Assembly: GCA_051532055.1 (NCBI GenBank)
Contig: JAOPTX010000001.1
Location: 28,581 to 92,580, forward strand
Reading direction: 5' to 3'
DNA length: 64,000 nucleotides
Source of the DNA: Fibrobacterales bacterium
GTDB lineage: Bacteria > Fibrobacterota > Fibrobacteria > Fibrobacterales > JAOPTW01
Positions within the stretch are counted from its first letter, which is position 1. Each line of letters opens with the position of its first letter. A model generated the notes under the pieces. That model made no database searches. It was not told the DNA's origin and was given only the letters and a program-made list of their open reading frames with translations. Of this stretch, positions 37,412 through 46,069 are shown piece by piece. Position numbers and translations under genes: made by a program.

Positions 37412-38252
37412 AGAACCAAAACCACCGAAAAGTCTGACTATATTTCAACAAGAATTTAGTCAGGCCTTAACAACGCCCTATGACTTCTCAACAGGTAGGG
37501 TAGAGCATCAACACTTTCTTTATAAACCTTATTTACTCTCACTTATTAAAACTCAGGGGGAGCGGTCAGAAGCAGAACATTTCGATGTGTATAATCAACA
37601 GTATTGGTTTAGATTATTCACAGCAATCCAGAGTGATTTCCCTTTATTGCGCCATACCCTTTCAGCATGGGAATTGAATCAATTGGTTACAGAGTATTTA
37701 GCAAGGTACCCATCACAGCACCCTTCGCTCAATCATCTCACTGATCAATTCTTGCAATTTATGGGTGAAAGCCATTCTTGGAATACTGATCTTACAAGGG
37801 AAATTGCAGCAATTGAATGTGCATTTGTTACTGCTTTTTCAAAATTACAAAAACCTGGGCTTATTCCCCTGAGTGAAGCCGAACTCAGCAGCATAGGGAG
37901 TGAAAAGCTAATATTTCAGGAACCTTTTACCTTACTTAATGAGTCATGGGATATCCTTGAGAATAGGGCACTTGTGTTTAAAGATGCTGATGATATCATT
38001 ACTCCCAATTTTAAAAAGGTTAATGGTTGGTGGGCTCTCTATCAATATAATGATGTTCTCGATGTGATAAAACTTTCAGAAATGGAGCATGCACTTTTAA
38101 AACACTTATACGAAGGAATTCCCTTAGAAAATGCTTTGGAGCAGGTTTTTAATATTTTGGAAGCCCATGAACAACAACACTTATTTTCTTTGATTCCTAT
38201 CTGGTTTAAGCGTTGGGTTCACTGTGGACTTATTGTAGGGCACTCCCTCTAA
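37404..38252 (+). CDS. DUF2063-type MNIO partner protein (HvfC/BufC-like)
   Basis: VYNQQYWFRL...DFP.L...YL..YPS....L; probable TTG start at 37404 overlapping the MNIO stop. Confidence 0.85.
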   Translation: MVKEPKPPKSLTIFQQEFSQALTTPYDFSTGRVEHQHFLYKPYLLSLIKTQGERSEAEHFDVYNQQYWFRLFTAIQSDFPLLRHTLSAWELNQLVTEYLARYPSQHPSLNHLTDQFLQFMGESHSWNTDLTREIAAIECAFVTAFSKLQKPGLIPLSEAELSSIGSEKLIFQEPFTLLNESWDILENRALVFKDADDIITPNFKKVNGWWALYQYNDVLDVIKLSEMEHALLKHLYEGIPLENALEQVFNILEAHEQQHLFSLIPIWFKRWVHCGLIVGHSL

Positions 38253-38385
38253 TTTTTTAATTTTTGATGGTTCTAGTATGTTTTTAGGGAATTATATGGT
38301 GTTATTAGACTTTCTGTTTAGAAGAATTGTAATTAAATACTGTTATTACATGTCATATGAGTCTTAAAAGTGGTACCATACGAGT

Positions 38386-39465
38386 ATGAGAAGTAAACCA
38401 CAATTGCTCAATCAAATGCTGATTATTATGTCAGTTTCTATACTTGTTATCGTCCTGATGCTATGGAATTCAGCATTGACGATGAGAGACCAAGCAATTG
38501 GATCGGTAAAAAATGCTCTGGTTCTTGCGGCTCATTCTATCTCTGCTGAATTTCAAAGTACGGTTGGTCAAGTTGAACTCTATGCGCAATTACCGATGCT
38601 CAAAGAGATGGAATCTGTAGAATTTTTGCCCTTCTTGAAAAGTGAACTTGATCGCCACAAGGGGCGCTATGAAAAATTTATTGTAGGAACGCGCGATGGA
38701 TACTTTTACAATACTGCTGGTGGTAATCCTTATGTAGGTAATTTGCGTACCTTTGATGACACGGCACAGGGTGCACAACCAAAGACTATTGTGGGGAGGG
38801 ACTATTGGAAGTACACTGTGGGTGCTAACGATTTTCATGTGACTAAATCAATAATATCTGAGCCAATGATATCCTACACAACAGGCGCAAAACAGGTAGT
38901 TATTGCGAGTTCTATTATAGGAAAGCGTGGAATTGTTGATGGAATGGTAGGAGTGAGCATTACTTGGGAACGTATAGAACAGGTATTCAAAAAACTATCA
39001 GGTGCCTATTTTAATCAATATAGCTGGGATCCTAAAGTGGCACTTATTTCTCACAATGCTTCATATTGGTATCATTGGGATAAAAATAAAACACTGAAGC
39101 TTAAGAGAGACTCAACTGGGGCTCTTGTGTATGATGCGCGAGGTCAGACTATAACTGAATCTTTTTCACTTTACCAAGAAAAAAATCCTCGTTTGAGAGA
39201 TGAGCATAAGAGAATTTTATTTGACCGAACTATTGGATTTTTAGAACTTGAAGAGGCTTATGATGAATCAGAGAGAATAATTTTTTATGCCCCTATCCGC
39301 GAAACGGGCTATATTCTAATGCTCGAAGTAGACAGTGAATTATTACTTGAGGAGATTGATTATATCCAAGGTCTCTATCTACTTATCGTCATTCTTTGTT
39401 TGAGTACTATCATTGTTATTGTTTTGAGAGTGATCACTATAACTAAAGAAGAAAAATTTGAATGA
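38386..39465 (+). CDS. Membrane-anchored Cache-domain sensor without a cytoplasmic output domain
   Basis: TM-[RDYW...SEPMIS.TTG....VIA...G.VG]-TM, with a stop ~10 aa after the second TM. Confidence 0.75.
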   Translation: MRSKPQLLNQMLIIMSVSILVIVLMLWNSALTMRDQAIGSVKNALVLAAHSISAEFQSTVGQVELYAQLPMLKEMESVEFLPFLKSELDRHKGRYEKFIVGTRDGYFYNTAGGNPYVGNLRTFDDTAQGAQPKTIVGRDYWKYTVGANDFHVTKSIISEPMISYTTGAKQVVIASSIIGKRGIVDGMVGVSITWERIEQVFKKLSGAYFNQYSWDPKVALISHNASYWYHWDKNKTLKLKRDSTGALVYDARGQTITESFSLYQEKNPRLRDEHKRILFDRTIGFLELEEAYDESERIIFYAPIRETGYILMLEVDSELLLEEIDYIQGLYLLIVILCLSTIIVIVLRVITITKEEKFE

Positions 39466-39490
39466 GTTCAGAAATAAAGGGGCCGTTGGC

Positions 39491-40336
39491 TTACTCTGTT
39501 AATATGAGTTGTTGTGGTTGTTCTAATAATTCTAAATCGGTTACTTTTTGAATGACATTTCTTATAACCATACTTGCAAGTACATTACCGTAAATTATGG
39601 TCATGTGGGCAACTGATCCATTTATTTCTGCTTTGGTGTGGCACCAGTCGTGTGCTTCAAATTTCTCATCAGGAGCATCTTTAACGGTACTAGAACAATA
39701 ACAATGGTGTGAGCCATCTTGAGAAGATGTATGGGTAATATCTAATGGGACTTCATCGCTATAGACACATTGGAAATCACCAGAAAAACCGCGTTTTCTG
39801 AGGCGTTTCCGAAGCATCTTACTGAGGCCACAATGACGTGTCTTCCAGATTGAATTTTGTTTAATCTGAAGAGGATCCATTTTGTTACCGGCACCCATAG
39901 CTGAAAAGAGGGTGGTATCACTGTTATAAGCATGCTCAATAAGTGATACCTTAGGACTTAAGCTATCTATGGCGTCAATAACGTAATCAAATTGAGATAA
40001 TTTGAAGGAATCACGTGTTGTATCATCGTATTTTCCGTGAACAGTCTCAATCGTTGCGCGTGGATTTATTGTAAGAAGCCGATCTTTAAGTTCCATTACT
40101 TTTGAACGACCAATATTTTTAGCCGTCGCTTGGAGTTGTCGGTTTATATTGGTAATGCAAACAACATCGGAATCTACTATTGTTAGGTGATGTATACCCG
40201 ATCGTATTAGGGACTCAGCGCACCAACTTCCAACACCACCTACTCCAAAAATGATGACTTCAGTAGTGTTTAGTGCTTGAATAGCAGTGCTCCCTGTAAT
40301 GAGCTCTAATCTTTGAAATATTGGGTGGACTTTCAT
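39491..40336 (-). CDS. tcdA: tRNA threonylcarbamoyladenosine dehydratase (ThiF family)
   Basis: GVGGVGSW.AE.L.RSG, D.D.V..TNINRQ, DAIDS, MGAG.K.DP, VYS.E. Confidence 0.9.
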   Translation of the reverse strand: MKVHPIFQRLELITGSTAIQALNTTEVIIFGVGGVGSWCAESLIRSGIHHLTIVDSDVVCITNINRQLQATAKNIGRSKVMELKDRLLTINPRATIETVHGKYDDTTRDSFKLSQFDYVIDAIDSLSPKVSLIEHAYNSDTTLFSAMGAGNKMDPLQIKQNSIWKTRHCGLSKMLRKRLRKRGFSGDFQCVYSDEVPLDITHTSSQDGSHHCYCSSTVKDAPDEKFEAHDWCHTKAEINGSVAHMTIIYGNVLASMVIRNVIQKVTDLELLEQPQQLILTE

Positions 40337-40352
40337 AGAGGGCAAATATAGG

Positions 40353-40421
40353 AAAAGTCAACTCTCCCGACATGAGGAAATGAGTTGAAAGAGTTGACTT
40401 TTTGAAAAAAAAGTCAACTCT
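40353..40421. repeat. Three copies of the 13-mer AAAAGTCAACTCT (direct-inverted-direct)
   Basis: Copies at 40353-40365, 40390-40402 (inverted) and 40409-40421. Confidence 0.85.
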
Positions 40422-40441
40422 GGATTTAAGGTGTTGTGAAA

Positions 40442-40933
40442 CTAAAACTCTTCTCTAGAATTGGTACTTTCTGCATCTACATCCCAGTGATCAGGTGCAC
40501 CCACAAAATCTCCAATATCTTCTAAAAGTCTACTATGTTTTTTTTCCTCATCAGAAAGTGCATTAAAAAGCACTTTTAAATCAGAATTATCACTCTCTTC
40601 TGCTTGTTTTGCATAAAAAGCAGAAGCTTCATCTTCTACTTTCGCTGCATTGTAATAAAGTTCTTTCTGTTTTTTGTCTAGGCCAAAAAGTTTATCACTT
40701 TTTTTGATAGTTTCAAAGACATTTTGAGCTTCGTCAGCCAATGAATCCTTGGCTTTAGAGGGCACTGAAACTTTATTTTGAAGTTCTTTAATAATACGAT
40801 AGTGTTCAATTTCTTCATCTGCTAGCATAGTAAATATTTTTTTAAAACCAGGAGTGGTACTTTTATCTGCGAGATCACGATAAAAGAGTTCGCCATCTTT
40901 CTCCATTTTAAGGGCAAATTCGAAGATATCCAT
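40442..40933 (-). CDS. Rubrerythrin/ferritin-like protein
   Basis: A..ME.DG..FY...F..LA.EE.EH repeated twice (ExxH di-iron motifs). Confidence 0.9.
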   Translation of the reverse strand: MDIFEFALKMEKDGELFYRDLADKSTTPGFKKIFTMLADEEIEHYRIIKELQNKVSVPSKAKDSLADEAQNVFETIKKSDKLFGLDKKQKELYYNAAKVEDEASAFYAKQAEESDNSDLKVLFNALSDEEKKHSRLLEDIGDFVGAPDHWDVDAESTNSREEF

Positions 40934-41107
40934 TGGGTTTCCTTATGTTCAGTAGGTAGTGTTTAAAAATTCTAGAAATTTTTGAGATCTTTTGATGATT
41001 AACTAGCGGCTTCTTAATATTCTTGTCAGATTTGAAACGTTCAAACCTATTCTTAAGATACAACATTGTACTATCAGATAGAAATTAGCTCTATTTTGTT
41101 ATATGTT

Positions 41108-41136
41108 TCGACAATAGTTGTTTAAACAACTATAAT
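41108..41136 (+). promoter_or_regulatory. Sigma70-type promoter with an overlapping 20-bp palindromic operator
   Basis: TCGACA-17 bp-TATAAT; palindrome ATAGTTGTTT|AAACAACTAT at 41114-41133. Confidence 0.8.
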
Positions 41137-41165
41137 ATGAAGAGACTTTAAATTATGGATTTACA

Positions 41166-41414
41166 ATGTCAAAACCAACAATTGCATCACGAAAACCAGT
41201 AATGGCAGAACTTGAAGCAGGGAAAACATATTACTACTGTACCTGTGGTAAATCGGCCAATCAACCCTTTTGCGATGGGGCGCATGCAGGGAGTGAATTC
41301 TCACCATTAGCCTATACATCTGAAGAGACCAAGAAGGCTGCCTTGTGTGCATGTAAGCATACGAAAAATGGCCCTTTTTGCGACGGTTCCCATCGTTCAT
41401 TGCCAGAAGAGTAA
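41166..41414 (+). CDS. Double CDGSH iron-sulfur domain protein
   Basis: CTCGKS.NQPFCDGAH and CACKHT.N.PFCDGSH. Confidence 0.95.
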   Translation: MSKPTIASRKPVMAELEAGKTYYYCTCGKSANQPFCDGAHAGSEFSPLAYTSEETKKAALCACKHTKNGPFCDGSHRSLPEE

Positions 41415-41435
41415 TTGGCTATAAGGTTTATTACT

Positions 41436-41915
41436 ATGAGTATTGAAGAGGAAATTCACCAGACTCAACCCCTGCGCTCAGTAGGGGAATCATTAATACT
41501 AAATGTGGTGAAAACTGCTGATTTGCTGAAAGGGAACATGGATGTTGTACTGAAACCTTATGAGCTTTCACAAACGCAGTTTAATATTTTAAGGATTTGT
41601 AAAGGTTCTCGAGGAAAGGGCATTACTTGTAGTGAGATATCTGATAGACTTGTAACAAAGGTCCCTGACGTTACACGGCTTCTAGATAGAATGGAAAAAA
41701 AAGGACTCGTATACCGAAAGCGATGTACGGCTGACCGAAGAGTGATATGGATTTTTATTTCTGAGAAGGGAGAGGATGTTGTCGTTAAAGCTTCTGAGAA
41801 AATTAATAAAAATGTTGATGCGGTAACTCTTCTACTAGAAAATGAAGTGGTTCTATCTGCAATTACAGTACTAGAAAAGTTACGAAATAATATAAATAAT
41901 AAGGAGACAGGATGA
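41436..41915 (+). CDS. MarR-family transcriptional regulator
   Basis: QFNILRI...TRLLDRMEKKGLV.R....DRR; probable start ATG 41436. Confidence 0.92.
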   Translation: MSIEEEIHQTQPLRSVGESLILNVVKTADLLKGNMDVVLKPYELSQTQFNILRICKGSRGKGITCSEISDRLVTKVPDVTRLLDRMEKKGLVYRKRCTADRRVIWIFISEKGEDVVVKASEKINKNVDAVTLLLENEVVLSAITVLEKLRNNINNKETG

Positions 41916-42502
41916 AAAGCATACAAAAATTAGTAGGGATTGTATTGGTAGTAAGCTCTATTGCGAGTTGGGCGAATACGTATAGTATTGATACACAAAA
42001 AAGTGTCATGAAATGGGTAGGTAAAAAAGTTGTTGGGGGTCACGATGGGATTGTGAAAATAAAGGAGGGGACGGTATCCACCAATAAAGGTCAGGTTGTA
42101 GGTACAATAGTGATAGATATGCAATCAATAGAGAATAGCGACCTAACGGACCCTACCTACAAAGCAAAGCTCGAAGGGCATCTTAAAAATGCAGACTTTT
42201 TTGATGTTGAAAAGTACCCAACAGCAACTTTTGATATTGTTAAAGCACAGAAAACCCCAAAGGGGGCATATACTCTTACTGGTAATTTAACTATTAAAGA
42301 TAAGACGCACCCTATTACTTTTGATGCTGCGGTAATTGATCAAGGGTCACAAAAAATACTGAAATCTACATTTTCTATCGATAGAACAAAATGGGGGGTC
42401 GTTTACAACTCAAAAGGCTTTTTTGATATTAAGAGTTTGGGAGATAAATTAATCCTTGATGACATCGAGTTTGTGCTTGATATTACTTTAGTTGAACAAT
42501 AA
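41912..42502 (+). CDS. YceI-family protein
   Basis: W.GKKV.G.H.G, HLK..DFFDVEKYPTA.F, GNLTIK, IDRTKWG. Confidence 0.93.
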   Translation: MKSIQKLVGIVLVVSSIASWANTYSIDTQKSVMKWVGKKVVGGHDGIVKIKEGTVSTNKGQVVGTIVIDMQSIENSDLTDPTYKAKLEGHLKNADFFDVEKYPTATFDIVKAQKTPKGAYTLTGNLTIKDKTHPITFDAAVIDQGSQKILKSTFSIDRTKWGVVYNSKGFFDIKSLGDKLILDDIEFVLDITLVEQ

Positions 42503-42513
42503 CGATAAAAGTA

Positions 42514-42786
42514 TTATCCCTCAAGCTGAGGCTTGGGGGTGTACCATGAAAGTCTATAAATAATTGAAGCGGCGAGAGTTCCCCAGGCTAGGTATCGTAC
42601 GATTTCATAAAGTGGCGTTGCACCAAATATTAACTCACTCGCACTTATCTTTAGGCCATAACTCATAACTAAAAGAATGAAAGTTATAACTGGACCAATA
42701 TATTTTCGGTCTTTTCTCTTTATGTAGAGAATAGAAAAGACAGTTAAATGAACGATAAAGAGAATGAGCAGTGCAATGTTCCACAT
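42514..42786 (-). CDS. Small membrane protein (3 TM)
   Basis: Hydrophobic ORF; probable start MWNIALL, with GGAG upstream. Confidence 0.6.
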   Translation of the reverse strand: MWNIALLILFIVHLTVFSILYIKRKDRKYIGPVITFILLVMSYGLKISASELIFGATPLYEIVRYLAWGTLAASIIYRLSWYTPKPQLEG

Positions 42787-42897
42787 AAGTGACTCCAGCT
42801 TGTTTAACAAAAATATACATACGATGACGCAGGGTTCGAATAATTGGATAGGATTCGTTTGTTTTCTTAACCCTTTTTACAACTTTGAAGCACTAGA

Positions 42898-43260
42898 TTA
42901 TTGATTGACTGTATAAGCTTGTAGTGTTTTAAGGTCAACAAACTCAAGTGCAGAGATGTGAGTCCCTTCAAGGTAGACTAATGGGGCTCTCCCTGCATTA
43001 AATGCCTCAACCCACCTTTGTAGACAGAGGCACCAGCGGTCTCCTGATTTTAGTCCTTGAAATTGCCATCCAGGAACAGGGGTTGATAGGTCATTACCCA
43101 CAGATGCACTGAAAGTTAAAAAATCTTCATCGACTTGTACGCACACTGTGTGCATTCCAGCGTCATCATAGCTGGTATCACAACAACCTGTTCTAAAAAA
43201 ACCGGTCATAGGGTCTATACTACATGATTCTAGGTTGGTACCAAGGACATTGAGGGCCAT
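42898..43260 (-). CDS. DUF2237 family protein
   Basis: NVLG..L..CS.DP.TGFFR.GCC.T...D.G.H.VC...GNDLSTP...GDRWCLC. Confidence 0.92.
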   Translation of the reverse strand: MALNVLGTNLESCSIDPMTGFFRTGCCDTSYDDAGMHTVCVQVDEDFLTFSASVGNDLSTPVPGWQFQGLKSGDRWCLCLQRWVEAFNAGRAPLVYLEGTHISALEFVDLKTLQAYTVNQ

Positions 43261-43382
43261 AGAATACTCCAAAATTAACTGAAAAGATAAAATTAGATTA
43301 TCTAATTAATATTCTATCACTTGGAGAATCTTCTTACAACTTAGCAATGGAGTTGTATAGATATGACACATACATAAGTGAT

Positions 43383-43757
43383 TTATTTATGTGCTTCAAT
43401 AAGACTTTTCAATTCACTCTCTAAAAGATGTATCTCTATAACAGGCTTGTGAAATAGTTTTTTAGAAATGGTATTTACTGGGAGAAAGTCTTCGGATAGT
43501 TGGTACTCTGGAGAACCAGTACAGAGAAGACAGGGTATAAATATGTTTTGTTTGATAAGAGTACGGATGAAGTCTGGGCCTCCCATTCCAGGAAGTCTGA
43601 GGTCGACAATTATACTTGATATGTTACTCTGTTTAACAATTTCTAGGGCATCTTCAGCTGAGGCCGCTTCAAAAATTGTCCATTCACAATCTTCAAAAAA
43701 GTCTACGAGACTTTGCCTTACGGCTTGATCGTCATCTATAATAAGTACGCTATACAT
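43383..43757 (-). CDS. Single-domain response regulator receiver
   Basis: LIIDDD...DLRLPGM.G...TG...KP. Confidence 0.9.
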   Translation of the reverse strand: MYSVLIIDDDQAVRQSLVDFFEDCEWTIFEAASAEDALEIVKQSNISSIIVDLRLPGMGGPDFIRTLIKQNIFIPCLLCTGSPEYQLSEDFLPVNTISKKLFHKPVIEIHLLESELKSLIEAHK

Positions 43758-46058
43758 TTATTGTCCATTTATATGAGTAATTGGGAGTCGAATAATAAAT
43801 GTTGAACCTGATTCCGGTTCAGATTCAACATACATTTCACCATTGTGATTTTCTGAAATAATAAAGTAAGAGACACTCAGGCCAAGTCCTGTTCCGACAC
43901 CAACAGCTTTAGTTGTGTAGAATGGTTCGAAAATTCTTGAGCGAATTTCTTCGGGTATACCAGGGCCATTATCTTCAATTTCAATTTGCACTACATCAAG
44001 GTCTGCAATGTTTTTAAGGCGAATAATAAATGTTGGTGGTGGAGTGTTAAGATTGTCTGTCGCTAATTGAGAAAAATGTTCGTACATAGCTTCAGCGCCA
44101 TTTCGGAGTATATTGAGGAGTACTTGCTGTATTTTTACTTCTTCACATTGTACTTGTGGAGTTGTGGTGTCATACTCTTTGATAATATCGATGGTCTTGA
44201 AATCATAGGATTTTTTGATATCGTAGTCTGTAGATGCTAATATAAGTGTTCTATCGAGTAAGGATACCATGTCGTGTAATTCAAATTCATCGTCAGTTTT
44301 ACGAGCAAAACTGAGCATATTACTGACAATATGTGCTGCTCTACCGCCTGCCTCTTTGATAGAACTAATCATACGATCGATTCCTCGTTTTGACACATAG
44401 CGTTGAAGTGCTTCAAGATCGATATCGAGCTCTTCAGCGACAGCAATATTTGCAGAAAGTGTGTTATTAGTGAGTCTATTTTCGAGGTTTATGGTGTTCT
44501 GTATTATTCCGCCAAGGGGGTTATTAATTTCATGGGCCATACCTGCAGCGAGCCCTCCCACAGAGAGCATTTTCTCATTTTGTACTAAGAGTTCTTGTGA
44601 ATTTTTCCGTTCTGTAATATCTCGGGCAATCTCAATGAGAAGGGTGTCACTAATGATTGTAGTACTGAGAAGTGCTATTCGCTTTGAACCATCTGATTGT
44701 ATAAATTCAACCTCCCCCATGTCAATAGGGGTATTGCTTCCGATAGCTCTTTTGAGACGATCAGCAGCCCCCTTGGGTGAAACATCTTGTATGGTCAGAG
44801 TTTTGAGTTCATCAACTGACCTTCCGGTTAATTGTTCTGCTGCACTATTAGCATCGGTAAGTAGACCTGTAGTAGGATTTACTAAAAATACTGCATTATC
44901 AGAACGTTCGAACAAGGTTCTATAAATTTCATCACTGGTCTGAAGGGCTTCTTTGGTTTTGGTAAACTCAGAAATATCTCTAATTGAAGCGAGTAATATT
45001 ATTTTACCTTCGAGCTCAATTCGAGATAAAATAATTGAGCATTCAAAATCGGATGAATCATTTTTGGTGTAAGTCCATTCAAAAAAATGCGTCCCTTTTT
45101 GGAGAGCTATCTCAAAATATTTTTCTGTAAGTGATCGAGATGTTTCACTATTTGGTTGAAATGTAGGGGATATGTCTACAGGGCTTAAACCAATAAGTTT
45201 ATTTTTGTGAGTAATATTAAACATCGAAATTGCGGTAGAGTTACAGTCGATGATAGTTCCTGAAGGTTCAATAAGAAAAATAGTGTCTTTGGTTGATTCA
45301 AAAAAAGTTCGGAATTTAGTTTCACTTGACTTGAGCCGGGCCTCAATTTGAGATCGTTCTACAATTTCTCGATTGAGATTTGAAATTTTTTCTTGAATAT
45401 TATTGCGCATTGCTTGAAAGCGCCGAGCAAGATGGCCAATCTCATCATTTTTATAGTGATCCATAAGTGAATTAAACTTGCTGTCTGAATCGGTATCTAT
45501 AAATTGGGCAAGAGTTTTAATAGGACGTACGACTGAATAAAAAAGTGTAATAGAAAGAGCAATAATAAAGAAGAGTACTACGAATAAAATAAAACGTAAC
45601 TGCCTAAGTGCAGAGTCAAGAATGTTTTCTTTTAAAAAATGATCGGTCAATTGGACTGTCACCATTGCAACAAGCCTGCTTTTGTAAAAAACTGAAAGGG
45701 TCTCTTTAAACTCTGTTTCCGGTATGTCATGATTGAGGGAAATAATTTTCCATGTAAGGTCTCGTCCTTTACTCAGCATAATAGTACTTGAAGAATCGTA
45801 ATATATACTTATTGCTGAAATGTTTTTATTTTGCATCTCTGCAATGAGCGTATTTTGTAGAATATCAAAATCAATATCCCAAACAGGTTTTGCCAGGGAT
45901 TGACTCAGACGAGCGGTAATAGCCCCTAACTCATTTTTAAGCATATAGGTGTCTGACTCTATTTTACTCTGGTACCAATAGACTGTGGCACCAGTTGTAA
46001 AAAGAGATACAATAACTATCATGAGCAAATTTATTTTAATATTAAGAGAAAGCTTCAT
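43758..46058 (-). CDS. Membrane PAS-PAS sensor histidine kinase
   Basis: Two TMs, HAMP, two PAS, AHEINNPL, N-box, DNGPG, GTGLGL. Confidence 0.93.
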   Translation of the reverse strand: MKLSLNIKINLLMIVIVSLFTTGATVYWYQSKIESDTYMLKNELGAITARLSQSLAKPVWDIDFDILQNTLIAEMQNKNISAISIYYDSSSTIMLSKGRDLTWKIISLNHDIPETEFKETLSVFYKSRLVAMVTVQLTDHFLKENILDSALRQLRFILFVVLFFIIALSITLFYSVVRPIKTLAQFIDTDSDSKFNSLMDHYKNDEIGHLARRFQAMRNNIQEKISNLNREIVERSQIEARLKSSETKFRTFFESTKDTIFLIEPSGTIIDCNSTAISMFNITHKNKLIGLSPVDISPTFQPNSETSRSLTEKYFEIALQKGTHFFEWTYTKNDSSDFECSIILSRIELEGKIILLASIRDISEFTKTKEALQTSDEIYRTLFERSDNAVFLVNPTTGLLTDANSAAEQLTGRSVDELKTLTIQDVSPKGAADRLKRAIGSNTPIDMGEVEFIQSDGSKRIALLSTTIISDTLLIEIARDITERKNSQELLVQNEKMLSVGGLAAGMAHEINNPLGGIIQNTINLENRLTNNTLSANIAVAEELDIDLEALQRYVSKRGIDRMISSIKEAGGRAAHIVSNMLSFARKTDDEFELHDMVSLLDRTLILASTDYDIKKSYDFKTIDIIKEYDTTTPQVQCEEVKIQQVLLNILRNGAEAMYEHFSQLATDNLNTPPPTFIIRLKNIADLDVVQIEIEDNGPGIPEEIRSRIFEPFYTTKAVGVGTGLGLSVSYFIISENHNGEMYVESEPESGSTFIIRLPITHINGQ

Positions 46059-46069
46059 TATAGTCCTGG

